Positions 51,399-62,017 of a stretch of 64,000 bases of DNA are shown piece by piece. This stretch comes from Capsulimonadales bacterium. GTDB taxonomy: Bacteria > Armatimonadota > Armatimonadia > Armatimonadales > Armatimonadaceae. The first letter of the stretch is position 1. Every line of letters begins with the position of its first letter. Made by a program: the position numbers and the translations under genes. The notes beneath the pieces are model-generated. The model ran no database searches, was not told the origin of the DNA, and saw only the letters and a program-made list of their open reading frames with translations. The stretch spans positions 1-64,000 of the forward strand of contig JANRLW010000038.1 of the NCBI GenBank assembly GCA_033762295.1, read 5' to 3'.

Positions 51399-52850
51399 AT
51401 GTCGAACACAACGATCGCCCTCCCCCGCAGTACTCCTGAGGCGCAGGGAATCTCCTCCGAAGCGATTCTCTCCTTTCTCCGCGCCGCCGAAAAGGAACTG
51501 GATGCTCTGCACAGTTTCGTCCTCGTCCGTCACGGAGCGGTCGTCGCCGAAGGATGGTGGCATCCCTATGAGGCGCAAAACCCGCACGTGCTCTTCTCCC
51601 TGAGCAAGAGTTTCACCTCGACCGCCGCCGGATTCGCCGTCGCCGAGGGCCGGTTCACGCTCGACGATCGTGTGGTTTCCTTCTTCCCCGACGACCTGCC
51701 GGAGGAGGTCAGCCCGAACCTGGAAGCGATGACCGTCCGCGATCTGCTCATCATGGGCACCGGGAACGCCGAAGACACGACCGGCTATCTGCACCGCTCT
51801 CCCGACGGAAACTGGGCAAAAGCCTTTCTGGCACGGCCGGTGGAACACACGCCCGGAACGCATTTCGTCTACAATAGCGGCGCGACCTACATGGTCGCGG
51901 CGATCCTGCACAAAACGACCGGCGAATCCCTCCTCGACTACCTTACGCCACGTCTGCTCGCTCCGCTCGGTATCGAGGGCGCGACCTGGGAAGCCTGTCC
52001 GCGCGGTATCCATGTCGGAGGGTGGGGCCTCAGTATCACGACCGACGCGATCGCTAAGTTCGGACAACTCTACCTCCGGGACGGCGTTTGGAACGGACGA
52101 CAGGTTCTTCCGGTCGGTTGGGTTCAAGAGGCGACGTCCAAACATATTTCCAACGGCGACAATCCGGAAAACGACTGGAATCAGGGCTATGGCTACCAGT
52201 TCTGGCGGTGTCGGCACAATGCCTACCGGGGCGACGGGGCGTTCGGTCAGTTCTGCGTCGTACTGCCCGATCAGGATGCGGTGGTCGCCATCACGGCCGG
52301 CCTCGGCTTTATGGGTTCGGTCCTCGAACTGATCTGGGACGAACTTCTCCCGGCGATGCGGCCCGATTCGCTTCCGGAGAACCCGACCGGAGTCGCCGCC
52401 CTGCGCGACAAACTCTCGTCGCTGCGTCTTCCCGCCCCGGAAGGCGCGGCGACATCGCCGACCGCCGGACGAGTCTCCGGGCAGGTCTATTCGCTCGCCG
52501 AAAATGAACCGGGGCTCCGGACGATCGGCTTCGAATTTTCCGGGGAGGGCGCGACCCTGGCTCTGACCGATGCCCGGGGAACGCACACGATCCTCTGTGG
52601 CACGGCGAACGACTGGCGGAAACATCGAACGACCCTGCACTCGCGCGGGAACGAGACCGCGCCGGTCGCCGCGGTCGGCGCATGGACGAGCGACGATACC
52701 TACACCGTCGTCCTCTACTACACGGAAACCCCCTTCCGCTTCCATCTCCGCGCCACCTTCGGCGAGGACACGCTGGACCTGGAAACCCGAATCAACGTCT
52801 CCTTCGGACCAACGGACCCGGTCCGTATCGCCGGGCAACGTCAGCCGTAA
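51399..52850 (+). CDS. Beta-lactamase-family serine hydrolase (class C-like, cytoplasmic)
   Basis: FSLSKS, FVYNSG, GYGYQFW and RGDGAFGQ. Confidence 0.88.
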   Translation: MSNTTIALPRSTPEAQGISSEAILSFLRAAEKELDALHSFVLVRHGAVVAEGWWHPYEAQNPHVLFSLSKSFTSTAAGFAVAEGRFTLDDRVVSFFPDDLPEEVSPNLEAMTVRDLLIMGTGNAEDTTGYLHRSPDGNWAKAFLARPVEHTPGTHFVYNSGATYMVAAILHKTTGESLLDYLTPRLLAPLGIEGATWEACPRGIHVGGWGLSITTDAIAKFGQLYLRDGVWNGRQVLPVGWVQEATSKHISNGDNPENDWNQGYGYQFWRCRHNAYRGDGAFGQFCVVLPDQDAVVAITAGLGFMGSVLELIWDELLPAMRPDSLPENPTGVAALRDKLSSLRLPAPEGAATSPTAGRVSGQVYSLAENEPGLRTIGFEFSGEGATLALTDARGTHTILCGTANDWRKHRTTLHSRGNETAPVAAVGAWTSDDTYTVVLYYTETPFRFHLRATFGEDTLDLETRINVSFGPTDPVRIAGQRQP

Positions 52851-52906
52851 AGAGCCATCAAGGCCGACCCTCCTCCGCCCGATAATCCCGGACGGAGGAC
52901 CCTCTC

Positions 52907-53098
52907 ATGTCACGATTACGAACGGTCATCTGCCTGTCAATGCTGTGGTGCGCGATCTCGCTCACCGGCTGCCGACGGGAGGAAACCCCGGAAGCCGCCG
53001 TGAAGGCGGGTGCAAACTCCCGTGACCGGGCGAAAGCGTTTCAGGCCGAGTCCGAACGACGCCAGCAGGCCGGCGAAGCGCTGCTGAACGGTCGGTAA
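52907..53098 (+). CDS. Small lipoprotein
   Basis: GGAGGA RBS; lipobox LTGC. Confidence 0.65.
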   Translation: MSRLRTVICLSMLWCAISLTGCRREETPEAAVKAGANSRDRAKAFQAESERRQQAGEALLNGR

Positions 53099-53232
53099 TC
53101 CGGTCCGTCGGCGCTCCCCGATCCGAAAAGGTGAAATCCGTCGTTTCGCGGGAACGCCGATCGCCGAACGGTGGCATAATATCGATGAAGCCATAACGAG
53201 ATCGGCTCCCCGAATACCGCACGAAGCAGTGG

Positions 53233-54909
53233 ATGGAGAAGGTCATGCCCTATCGAAACGTCATCGATCCGCTGCTCGCCGCCAGCCCGTTACTCGCGCT
53301 TTTTCTGGTCGCCGCTCTCGGTAACCTCTTTGGCCGATTGAGGATCGCCGGGGCCGGTCTCGGGATCGCCGGAGTCCTGTTCGCCGGGCTGCTCGTCGGC
53401 GGCCTCTTTCCGTCGGCAGCCCTGCCGGAGATCGTCTACCAGCTGGGGCTGGTCCTGTTCGTCTATACGATCGGTCTGAGCAATGGCCGCCTCTTCTTCG
53501 CCTCCTTCAAACGGGGGGGCGGCCGTACCGTCGCGCTGACGCTGGGAGTTCTCGGTATCGCCGGCACGATGGTTTACCTGACCAATCTTCTGCTCCACCT
53601 TCCCACGACCCGGTTGATCGGCATTTTTTGCGGAAGTCTGACCAACACCCCCGCCCTCGCCGGTGTCCTCGAAATACTGCGAACCGATCCGGCCACGGCG
53701 AATCTGGCGCCGTCGGTCGTCGTCGGGTACTCGCTTTGCTATCCGATGGGAGTCGCCGGAATGATCCTGGTCGTGCTGGCCTACCAGCGACTCCGAAGCG
53801 TTCGTTACGACCTGCCGGAGACCGCCGTTCCCTCCGAAGGCGCGCGTGAGGTGCCGGCCGGTCAGTTGACGAGCAAAACGATCCGGGTGGACCGGCATGA
53901 CGTCACCGATACCATTCAAACCCTGCGCGAAAAGTACGGATGGGAGGTGGTTTTCTGCCGACTGAAACGCGGAGACGACGCGATCCGGTTGATGCATGCG
54001 GAAGACGTTCCGCAGGTCGGCGACCTGGTCAGCGTGATCGGGACCGCGGACGGGATTGAAGAGGCGACCGTCTTCCTGGGCACTCTCGCCGAACAATCCC
54101 TGCTCGAAACGCCCTCGCCCCTCGATTACGTGCGTGTCTTCGTTTCCAATCCGAATCTGGCGGGGCAGACCCTGGCCGATCTGCATTTGAACGACCGATT
54201 CGGCGCGCTGATCACCCGGCTTCGACGCGGCGACGTCGAGTTCGTTCCCTCCGGAACGTTTCGCCTCGCTCTCGGCGACCGGGTCCGGGTGGTCGCGCCC
54301 CGACGAAATGCCGACGCCGTCGTTCGCTTCTTCGGCGATTCCTACCGTCATCTGAGCGAGGTCGATATTCTCACCTTCGGCTTCGGTATCGCCCTCGGCC
54401 TGCTGATCGGGATGATTGCGCTCCCCCTGCCGGGCGGCGGCAGTATCAAACTGGGTCTTGCCGGCGGCCCGCTGATTGTCGCTCTCATTCTCGGCACCGT
54501 CGATCGCACCGGCCCGTTCGTCTGGAGCCTTCCCTACGGAACGAACCTGACCCTGCGCCAGATCGGAATGGTTCTCTTCCTCGCCGGGGTCGGGACCCGC
54601 TCCGGACAGGCGTTCGCCGCCTCGATCAGCGACCCGCGCAGCCTGATCGTCATCGCTATCGGCGCCCTGATCACGATGACCGCCGCCGCTCTCTTCCTCA
54701 CCGTCGGCGACCGCCTGTTCCGGATTCCGATGCGGACCCTCCTCGGGATGCTGGCCGGTCTTCAGACACAGCCCGCGCTCCTGGGGTTCGCCATCGAACA
54801 GACGAAGGATGACACCCCCAATGCCGGCTACGCCGCCGTCTACCCGATCGCAACGATCGGGAAGATTCTTCTGGCCCAGTTCCTCCTTCGTCTGCTGACC
54901 CCCTCGTAA
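53233..54909 (+). CDS. AspT/YidE/YbjL-family antiporter with TrkA-C domains
   Basis: GLVLFVYTIGL, GSLTNTPAL, GLAGGPLIVAL and AGLQTQPA. Confidence 0.9.
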   Translation: MEKVMPYRNVIDPLLAASPLLALFLVAALGNLFGRLRIAGAGLGIAGVLFAGLLVGGLFPSAALPEIVYQLGLVLFVYTIGLSNGRLFFASFKRGGGRTVALTLGVLGIAGTMVYLTNLLLHLPTTRLIGIFCGSLTNTPALAGVLEILRTDPATANLAPSVVVGYSLCYPMGVAGMILVVLAYQRLRSVRYDLPETAVPSEGAREVPAGQLTSKTIRVDRHDVTDTIQTLREKYGWEVVFCRLKRGDDAIRLMHAEDVPQVGDLVSVIGTADGIEEATVFLGTLAEQSLLETPSPLDYVRVFVSNPNLAGQTLADLHLNDRFGALITRLRRGDVEFVPSGTFRLALGDRVRVVAPRRNADAVVRFFGDSYRHLSEVDILTFGFGIALGLLIGMIALPLPGGGSIKLGLAGGPLIVALILGTVDRTGPFVWSLPYGTNLTLRQIGMVLFLAGVGTRSGQAFAASISDPRSLIVIAIGALITMTAAALFLTVGDRLFRIPMRTLLGMLAGLQTQPALLGFAIEQTKDDTPNAGYAAVYPIATIGKILLAQFLLRLLTPS

Positions 54910-55021
54910 GCCGGTGACGGTGAGGAAGAACGAGACAGGGAATATAAAAATGGTATAGATGTTTAATTTTGACGATATAATGTCAGGAAATTAGGTAGAA
55001 AAACTTAAAGTCCTGATCCTT

Positions 55022-57403
55022 ATGAGCCATGCGTCCCCTGCGCCGGAGCGAGATCACTCCGCGCCTGCCGATGAACGAAGATTCGTCTCGGAAATGCTGA
55101 CGATCCCGCCCCTGGCCGAGATCGAGTCCGTGCCGGCCGCCCCGGAATTCATCCGTCTGCTGGAAGCGTCCGGACAGATGGTCATTGCCTTCAATGACCG
55201 GTGGGAATATCTTTACCTGAGTCCCGGCGTCGCCGCTCTGGTCGGGAAAAGCCCGGAAGAGATGATCGGTTTCGATGTCTTCGCTCTGTTTCCCGAAACC
55301 GAACGCAGTCCCTTCTTCCGTTACCCGATGCAGGCGATGGCCGAGCAGGTCGCCCTCCGATTCGAGGCGCTCTCTCCCGTCGTCGACCGCTGGTTCGAAG
55401 GCCAGGCCGTCCCGATGATGTCCGGCGGACTTTTGCTCCTGTTAAGGGATATTACGGAGCGAAAGCGGGAGGAGGAACGACTGCGCCTGCTGGAGGCGGC
55501 AATCGTGCACGCGAACGATGCCATCATGATCACCGATATGGGCGCATCCGGCGAGCGACACGGCGAGGAGAAAGCCCTCGAACCGCAGGGGCCGCGCATT
55601 ATTTATGTGAACCCGGCCTTCTCTCGCCTTACCGGCTATTTACCGGAAGAGGCGGTGGGGCGCTCCCCCCGCTTTCTTCAAGGCCCCAACAGCGCCGAAC
55701 CGACGCGCCGATATATGCGGAACAAACTGGCCGCACAGGAGCCGTTCCGCGCCGAAATCCTGAACTATCGTCGGGATCGAAGCACCTTCTGGACGGATAT
55801 CAACGTCCATCCGGTGATGAACGAATTCGGCTTCTCGACGCACTGGGTCGCGATTCAGCGGGATATCACGGAACGAAAACAGTACGAAGAGGCATTGCGC
55901 CGGAGCGAATCCTATCTTCATCAGGTCATTGATTCCAGTCCGAACGCGATTTTGACGCTCGACATGGAGGGCCATCTTCTGTCCGCCAACCGACGAGGCA
56001 TGGAGATGCTGGAAACCGATTCGCTGGCGGATATCATCTATACCTTCTGGCTGGAATACTGGAGCGTCGACGATCAATCGACGGTGGAAACCGCATTGCG
56101 GGAGGCGATGCAGGGGCGAACCTGTCGTATGCAGGGTCAGGGCCGCACCCGGCGCGGCGCGTTCCGCTGGTGGGAAATGATTACCGCTCCTCTCGCTTCC
56201 GGGCGCGCGGAGGCCCTGCAGGTGATGGTCGTGGTCACCGATATCACCGAACAGCGGCATCTGGAGATCGAGCGGGAACGCCTGTTTCAGGATGCGGTGG
56301 AACGCGCCGACCGCGACTCGCTGACCGGCCTGTGGAATCACCGGGCCTTCAATCGCCAGATGCTCCGAATCACCGAATCCCTTCCTCCGGGCGTTCCCTA
56401 TGCCCTTCTGGTGCTGGACGTCAATAATTTCAAGTTTTTCAACGATGCCTACGGCCATATGTACGGCGACGAGGTTCTGATCCTGGTCGCGGATACCCTC
56501 CGTGCCAGCGTTCGCGGCAACGATCTGGTCGGGCGCATGGGCGGCGATGAGTTCGCGATCCTGCTTCCCCGTATGCCGCGCGTGGCCGTCGATCGCTATA
56601 TCGAACGCCTGCGGATGCGCATCGGCAAGCTGGGCTTCTCGCCGCCGGGCGGGAATAACAGCGTTCCGCTCGAACTGTCGATCGGCGTTGCCTCCTTCCC
56701 GGAGGACGCCGCTTCCGGCACGGAACTCTTCCGGATCGCCGACGAACGCTGTCTGCGCAACAAGCTGGGGACGCCGGACACCCTGATCGCCGATCTGTAC
56801 GAAACGCTCCGCGCCACCGTCCAGGGTTTCACGGTTCTGGATGCGCTGGTCACCTCGGTCGACAATAAGGACCGGTACACCCGCCGTCACAGCGAGGAGG
56901 TGGTCCTGTACAGCCTCGTCATCGCCGATGAGCTGCAGGTGCCGGAAACCCTGCGCCAGGCTCTGATGAAGGCGGCGCTGGTCCATGATGTCGGCAAGAT
57001 CGGAGTCCCGGACCGTATTTTGCGGCATCCGGGCCAGCTTTCCGCCGGGGAGCGGGAACTGATGCAGCGTCATACCCAGATGGGCGAGATCCTGGTGCGC
57101 TCCGCCGGGGGGTTGGACGACACGCTCGACGCCGTTCTGTACCATCATGAGGCATGGGACGGCAGCGGCTACCCACAGGGTCTGGCCGGTGAGGCGATTC
57201 CGCTTTCCGCGCGTATCCTGTCCGTCGCGGACGCCTTTTCGGCGATGACGACCAACCGACCCTACCGGAAAGGGCTGTCGGAGGAGAGCGCACTGGAGTT
57301 GCTCCGCCGGGGCGCGGGCACGCAGTGGGACGAGGTCTGCGTCCGCGCGTTCATCCGTGGCCGACAACGACAAAAAACCGCCCTGAAACCCGTCAACCGG
57401 TAG
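55022..57403 (+). CDS. PAS-PAS-PAS-GGDEF-HD-GYP c-di-GMP turnover protein
   Basis: Three PAS/PAC domains (DITE ends); RGND I-site plus GGDEF; HDVGKIG and HHEAWDGSGYP. Confidence 0.93.
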   Translation: MSHASPAPERDHSAPADERRFVSEMLTIPPLAEIESVPAAPEFIRLLEASGQMVIAFNDRWEYLYLSPGVAALVGKSPEEMIGFDVFALFPETERSPFFRYPMQAMAEQVALRFEALSPVVDRWFEGQAVPMMSGGLLLLLRDITERKREEERLRLLEAAIVHANDAIMITDMGASGERHGEEKALEPQGPRIIYVNPAFSRLTGYLPEEAVGRSPRFLQGPNSAEPTRRYMRNKLAAQEPFRAEILNYRRDRSTFWTDINVHPVMNEFGFSTHWVAIQRDITERKQYEEALRRSESYLHQVIDSSPNAILTLDMEGHLLSANRRGMEMLETDSLADIIYTFWLEYWSVDDQSTVETALREAMQGRTCRMQGQGRTRRGAFRWWEMITAPLASGRAEALQVMVVVTDITEQRHLEIERERLFQDAVERADRDSLTGLWNHRAFNRQMLRITESLPPGVPYALLVLDVNNFKFFNDAYGHMYGDEVLILVADTLRASVRGNDLVGRMGGDEFAILLPRMPRVAVDRYIERLRMRIGKLGFSPPGGNNSVPLELSIGVASFPEDAASGTELFRIADERCLRNKLGTPDTLIADLYETLRATVQGFTVLDALVTSVDNKDRYTRRHSEEVVLYSLVIADELQVPETLRQALMKAALVHDVGKIGVPDRILRHPGQLSAGERELMQRHTQMGEILVRSAGGLDDTLDAVLYHHEAWDGSGYPQGLAGEAIPLSARILSVADAFSAMTTNRPYRKGLSEESALELLRRGAGTQWDEVCVRAFIRGRQRQKTALKPVNR

Positions 57404-58742
57404 ACCGCGCCGGTTCGCCGGCGACGAACGCCTCGAAGGTCGTCCGCGCCCGCTCCGCCAGGGCCGCGCCCCGTTCGCGCTTGGCCCGGATTCGTTCTCC
57501 GTCGAGCGGCGGTAGCAACCCCCAGCAGGCGTTCATCGGCGCGAAATGCTTCCCCTCGTAGGCGGCCACATACCGGGTCAGCGACCCCAGGATCGTCATT
57601 TCGGGGTAAACGAGCGGGGCTTCCCCGTTCGCCAGGCGGGAGGCGTTGATGCCCGCCACCAGTCCCATCGCCGCCGACTCCAGGTACCCTTCGACGCCGA
57701 CGATCTGCCCGGCGAACAGCAGGTTCGGGCGGGTCCGAAGCTGCAGGGTCGGATCGAGCAGAGAGGGAGAATGGATATAGGTATTGCGGTGCATTACCCC
57801 GTAACGCACAAACTCGGCGTTTTCCAGTCCCGGAATCATCCGGAAGATCCGCTTCTGCTCGCCCCATTTCAGACGCGTCTGGAAGCCGACGAGATTGTAC
57901 AGGGTGGCCGCGCGGTTCTCCTGGCGCAACTGCACCACCGCATAGGGTCGACGCCCGGTGTTCGGGTCGATCAGTCCGACCGGCTTGAGCGGGCCGTACG
58001 CCAGCGTTTTCGCTCCGCGTGCCGCCAGTTCCTCGACCGGCAGACAGGCCTCGAAGTAACGGATATCCTCGAACTCCTTCATCGGAGCCTTCTCGGCCTT
58101 CGTGATCTCTTCGACGAACGCCAAAAAATCGTCTTTCCGGTCGAACGGACAGTTCAGATAGGCGGCGTCATCGTCGTGGGTTCCGTCGGCGGTCTTTCCG
58201 TAGCGGGAGGCGCGGAACACCTTCGAGTAGTCGATGGAGGCGGCGTCGACGACCGGCGCGACGGCATCGTAGAAGTAGAGGTCATAGCGCCCGGTCAGTT
58301 CGCCGATTCGCGCCGCCAGCGTATCCGACGTCAGCGGTCCGGACGCGATCACGGTGATACCGTCGTCGGGCAGATCGACGGCCTCCTCGCGCACGAACTC
58401 GATATGGGGGTGAGCGGTCAGTCGCGCGGTCACCGCTTCGGAGAACGCCTCCCGATCGACGGCAAGCGCCTCGCCGGCCGGAACGGCGGTCGCGTCAGCG
58501 CACCCGACGATGATCGAATCGAGCCGCCGCATCTCCGCCTTCAAAACGCCGCTGGCATTGGTCAGCAGGTTGCTTTTGAAGGAGTTGGAGCAGACGATCT
58601 CCGCCGCTTTGTCGGTGTGGTGGGCGGGCGACATCCGAACGGGCCGCATCTCGATCAGCCGTACCTTCGCGCCCCGGTTCGCCGCCTGCCATGCGGCCTC
58701 GCTCCCGGCCATCCCCGCCCCGATTACCGTAACCCTGGTCAT
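57393..58742 (-). CDS. trmFO: FAD/folate-dependent tRNA m5U54 methyltransferase
   Basis: GAGMAGSEAAWQ, VCSNS, YFYDA..P, YGPLKPVGL, RYGVMHRN and AGQIVGVEGY. Confidence 0.96.
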   Translation of the reverse strand: MTRVTVIGAGMAGSEAAWQAANRGAKVRLIEMRPVRMSPAHHTDKAAEIVCSNSFKSNLLTNASGVLKAEMRRLDSIIVGCADATAVPAGEALAVDREAFSEAVTARLTAHPHIEFVREEAVDLPDDGITVIASGPLTSDTLAARIGELTGRYDLYFYDAVAPVVDAASIDYSKVFRASRYGKTADGTHDDDAAYLNCPFDRKDDFLAFVEEITKAEKAPMKEFEDIRYFEACLPVEELAARGAKTLAYGPLKPVGLIDPNTGRRPYAVVQLRQENRAATLYNLVGFQTRLKWGEQKRIFRMIPGLENAEFVRYGVMHRNTYIHSPSLLDPTLQLRTRPNLLFAGQIVGVEGYLESAAMGLVAGINASRLANGEAPLVYPEMTILGSLTRYVAAYEGKHFAPMNACWGLLPPLDGERIRAKRERGAALAERARTTFEAFVAGEPARSTG

Positions 58743-58796
58743 AGGGTCATTGTATCGCGCCAACGTTCCGAACAGTCTCCGGCCGACACGGACCGG

Positions 58797-59171
58797 TTAC
58801 GGCTTGTTGTAACCCTTCGCTTCCGCCACATCACGGATCGACACTTTGCCGAATCCGCGCGTCAGCGCGTCCGCTTTATCGAGTTCTTCCTTGGTCAGCT
58901 TCGAAAGGTCGCCGCCGCTCTTTTTCGCGAGGGCGTTGATATACTCGAGCCGTTCCCGCTCGTCCGCTTTCAACGGGGGCGGGGCCAGGACGACGGTATA
59001 TCCGATATAGCCGATGACGGCGAAGACGGCGACGAGAACCCCCAGGACGACACCGATCGGCAGGTCCTGCTTTTTCGGCTTCGTCTCGACGTTCTCCGCA
59101 TTCTCGGTTCCGGGTTCCCGGAGTTTCGACTGCTCCGGCGCTTGCGTATCCGGCGTATTTCCAGCAGACAT
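58797..59171 (-). CDS. Small single-TM protein
   Basis: TM segment IGVVLGVLVAVFAVIGYIGY; own TACAAT element near 59199-59204. Confidence 0.7.
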   Translation of the reverse strand: MSAGNTPDTQAPEQSKLREPGTENAENVETKPKKQDLPIGVVLGVLVAVFAVIGYIGYTVVLAPPPLKADERERLEYINALAKKSGGDLSKLTKEELDKADALTRGFGKVSIRDVAEAKGYNKP

Positions 59172-59219
59172 GAGGCACCTTGATCCTTTCCACCAATCAT
59201 TGTACCAAGCAGGAGAGGG

Positions 59220-60983
59220 TTATTTCGGCAAGACCGTATTGCCGGGAAGTTTTCCGGTGATTCCCTTCCCCTCGGTCACGATCCACCCGGTGTCGATCGG
59301 GACATTGGTCAGGGTGTCTTTCGTTCCGCTCGGCCAGCGGACTTCCACCCGGTCGATTTTCGTGGCCTCTCCGAGACCGAAAAAAACGCGGCGGTCGCTG
59401 TGGGAGAGATAGCTGCTCCCCGCGCGAACCGCACCGCTCTGCGTCACGCCGCCGGCGGTGAGAACGAACCGGGCGTGACGTCCCTCCCGGTTGGACTTCG
59501 TTCCGACGGTCAGGAAGGACACCCAGTGATGACGGTCCGGCGATTCGTTGCGCAACAGTTCCGGCGCGTCGTTTTGATTCGCCACCAGTGCGTCCGGGCG
59601 ACCGTCGTTGTCGAAATCGCCGACCGCCAATCCCCTCCCGACCGTCGGATTCGACAGCGCCCCGAGCATCGCCGGTTCCTCGATCTCCCGGAAGCGGCCG
59701 TCCCCCTCGTTTCGGAACAGTTGCTTGCGCTCCCTGTAGGTCGTGCCCTCGAACCGCTGATCGGCGTGCGCCTGGACGTGTCCGTTCACCACCAGAAGGT
59801 CGGACCATCCGTCCCGATCGTAATCGACGAACTCCGCGCCGAACGTCAGGAACGGCATATGACCGATCGCGACCCCGGCGGTGTAACTGGCCTCCTCGAA
59901 CAGACCGTTCCCCATATTCCGGTACAGCATGTTCGGCTTGCCGGAGAAGTTGCCGACGAACAGGCTGTCCCGGCCGCTGTGGTCGTAGTCGCCGACCCCG
60001 ATCCCCATCCCGGCCATCACCTGCCCGGTGCTGTCGTAGGCGCAGCCCGCTTCCACGGCGACGTCGACGAACGTCCCGTCGCCCCGGTTCCGCCAGAGCA
60101 TGTTCGGTGTGATATCGTTGGCGACGAAAATATCCTGGCGACCGTCCCCGTCATAATCGAGGAACGCGACACTCAGGCCACGTCCTTTCGCCTTCAAGAT
60201 GCCCGCGGCCCGGCTGACATCCCGGAAGCGCGCGCCCTCGTTGTGCAGCAAGACATGATCGCTCGCCTCATATACCTCCGGAGTACAGTATTCCGGCCCG
60301 ATCGAGTCCTTGCAGGGGATGTTCGTCTTCCAGGTCCAGGGGCTGTATCGGCAGAGATAGAGGTCGAGTCGACCGTCGTTATCGTAGTCTCCGAACGCGG
60401 CGCTGGTAAAATACCCGCGCAGGCTTGCCAGTCCCATCGACGCCGTCACATCACGGAACCTGCCGCTCCCTTTCTCATTTCGGAACAGGAAACAGCGGTC
60501 GTACCCGGAAACCAGCAGGTCGGAATAACCGTCGTTGTCATAATCGCCGACCGCCACTCCCTGCGCGTGAAGGAGGTCCCGATCGAGGCCCGACCCGGCG
60601 GTCACCTCGGCGAACGTTCCGTCGCCCCGGTTCCGATACAGGGCGCTGCGGGGCCGCTCCTTTACCTGCTCGAACGGTTCCGAAGGTCCGGACTGCACCA
60701 GAAAGAGATCGGTCCGGCCATCCTCGTCGTAATCGAAAAAGGCGCACCCCGGAGGCGTGTTCTCGATATAGAGAAACTTCCCGGTGGCCCCGCTGTCATG
60801 CCGAAATCGGATTCCCGCTTTCTCGGTGACGTTCGCAAACAGTCCCCCGGAAACGACGGTCGGAGACGGGGCGGGCGAGACCGTCGCTTTCGGGGACGGG
60901 GACGGAGTACATCCGAACGGCAGGAGGGACAACATGGCCCATACCGGAACCATTACGGCCAGGCGAACCGAGGACAGTCTCAA
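59220..60983 (-). CDS. CRTAC1-like FG-GAP/ASPIC-UnbV lipoprotein
   Basis: Lipobox PFGC; multiple DYDxDGxxDL repeats; GSSYLS..FFGLG..VRWPSG. Confidence 0.92.
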   Translation of the reverse strand: MRLSSVRLAVMVPVWAMLSLLPFGCTPSPSPKATVSPAPSPTVVSGGLFANVTEKAGIRFRHDSGATGKFLYIENTPPGCAFFDYDEDGRTDLFLVQSGPSEPFEQVKERPRSALYRNRGDGTFAEVTAGSGLDRDLLHAQGVAVGDYDNDGYSDLLVSGYDRCFLFRNEKGSGRFRDVTASMGLASLRGYFTSAAFGDYDNDGRLDLYLCRYSPWTWKTNIPCKDSIGPEYCTPEVYEASDHVLLHNEGARFRDVSRAAGILKAKGRGLSVAFLDYDGDGRQDIFVANDITPNMLWRNRGDGTFVDVAVEAGCAYDSTGQVMAGMGIGVGDYDHSGRDSLFVGNFSGKPNMLYRNMGNGLFEEASYTAGVAIGHMPFLTFGAEFVDYDRDGWSDLLVVNGHVQAHADQRFEGTTYRERKQLFRNEGDGRFREIEEPAMLGALSNPTVGRGLAVGDFDNDGRPDALVANQNDAPELLRNESPDRHHWVSFLTVGTKSNREGRHARFVLTAGGVTQSGAVRAGSSYLSHSDRRVFFGLGEATKIDRVEVRWPSGTKDTLTNVPIDTGWIVTEGKGITGKLPGNTVLPK

Positions 60984-62017
60984 CGCGGGCCTCCGCCGGT
61001 CAGAATTTGGTCCAGTTCCCGGGCGACGCTCATTCCGGCCGGGTCGTTCGGGCGGATGGTCAGGGCGCGATTGACATAATAGATCGCCTTGTCCGGGTCA
61101 CCTTTCCGGATCATCAGGCGCGCGGTTTTCAAATGCAGGTCGAAATCCTCGGGAAACGCGCCGCAACGTTTGGCCATCGCCTCCGCCAGCGTCGCCTGCT
61201 CCCGCAAACGTACGAACTCGGACTGCGCCTTCGCCGACGTTTCCCGGTCCCCGATCAGACGGAACGCCCGGGCGAGTTCGAAGTGGACATCCGGGTTTTC
61301 CGGCATCCGTTCGGCCGCCGCCGACAGCGGTTCGATCGCCTTCTTCGCCTGTCCCTGCCGAAGGTAGACCCGACCGAGAAAGAGCTGGGTCCGCGCGACA
61401 TTGGCCCTGAGTTCCAGGGTCTTCTTAAAATCGGCTTCGGCCTGCGCCAGCGCCGCGCGGTCCGTCCCCCGGAAGTAGCCCACCTGCCCGCGCAGGTAAT
61501 ACGCGGCGGGGTCGTTCGGATCGGTCCGGATCAGATCCTCGATCAGGGGACGCGCCTCATCGTACAGAAAAGAGTTGACCAGTTCCTGCGCCAGGGTCAC
61601 CTTGAGAACGCTGTCTTCGGGCCGAAGGCGCACGAGGGTTCGCAGATACCCGAGACGCTTGCGCTGGTCGTCCTTGCCCAGAAGCGCGCTGACGGCGATC
61701 GTGAGCGCTTCCACATCCTCCGGTTTCCGCGCCAGGACGGTTTCCGCCTCCTTCAGCAGTTCCTGCCGCTGCGATGAGCGCATGACACTGCGCCCGAGGT
61801 CGGCAAAGACGTTCGGCGTGTCCGGCGCGAGTCGGACGACCGTTCGAAGCGGAGCGACGGCGGCGTTGAAGTCGCCCTGCTCCAGGAACTTCACAGCCTC
61901 AGCTTTCGCACGTTCCGCTTCCACCGTCTTTCCGCCGTCGCACCCGGCGACGAAGATCGCCGAAAGGAGGATGCAGCAAACAACAGGCCCCCGAGTTTTC
62001 CGAAACCGTCCCCTCAT
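60980..62017 (-). CDS. TPR lipoprotein
   Basis: Lipobox VAGC; many TPRs; 4-bp overlaps with both neighbours. Confidence 0.88.
   Translation of the reverse strand: MRGRFRKTRGPVVCCILLSAIFVAGCDGGKTVEAERAKAEAVKFLEQGDFNAAVAPLRTVVRLAPDTPNVFADLGRSVMRSSQRQELLKEAETVLARKPEDVEALTIAVSALLGKDDQRKRLGYLRTLVRLRPEDSVLKVTLAQELVNSFLYDEARPLIEDLIRTDPNDPAAYYLRGQVGYFRGTDRAALAQAEADFKKTLELRANVARTQLFLGRVYLRQGQAKKAIEPLSAAAERMPENPDVHFELARAFRLIGDRETSAKAQSEFVRLREQATLAEAMAKRCGAFPEDFDLHLKTARLMIRKGDPDKAIYYVNRALTIRPNDPAGMSVARELDQILTGGGPR

Noticed and set aside
51399..52850. True beta-lactamase
   Set aside because: No signal peptide; motifs fit the generic serine hydrolase/esterase subfamily.
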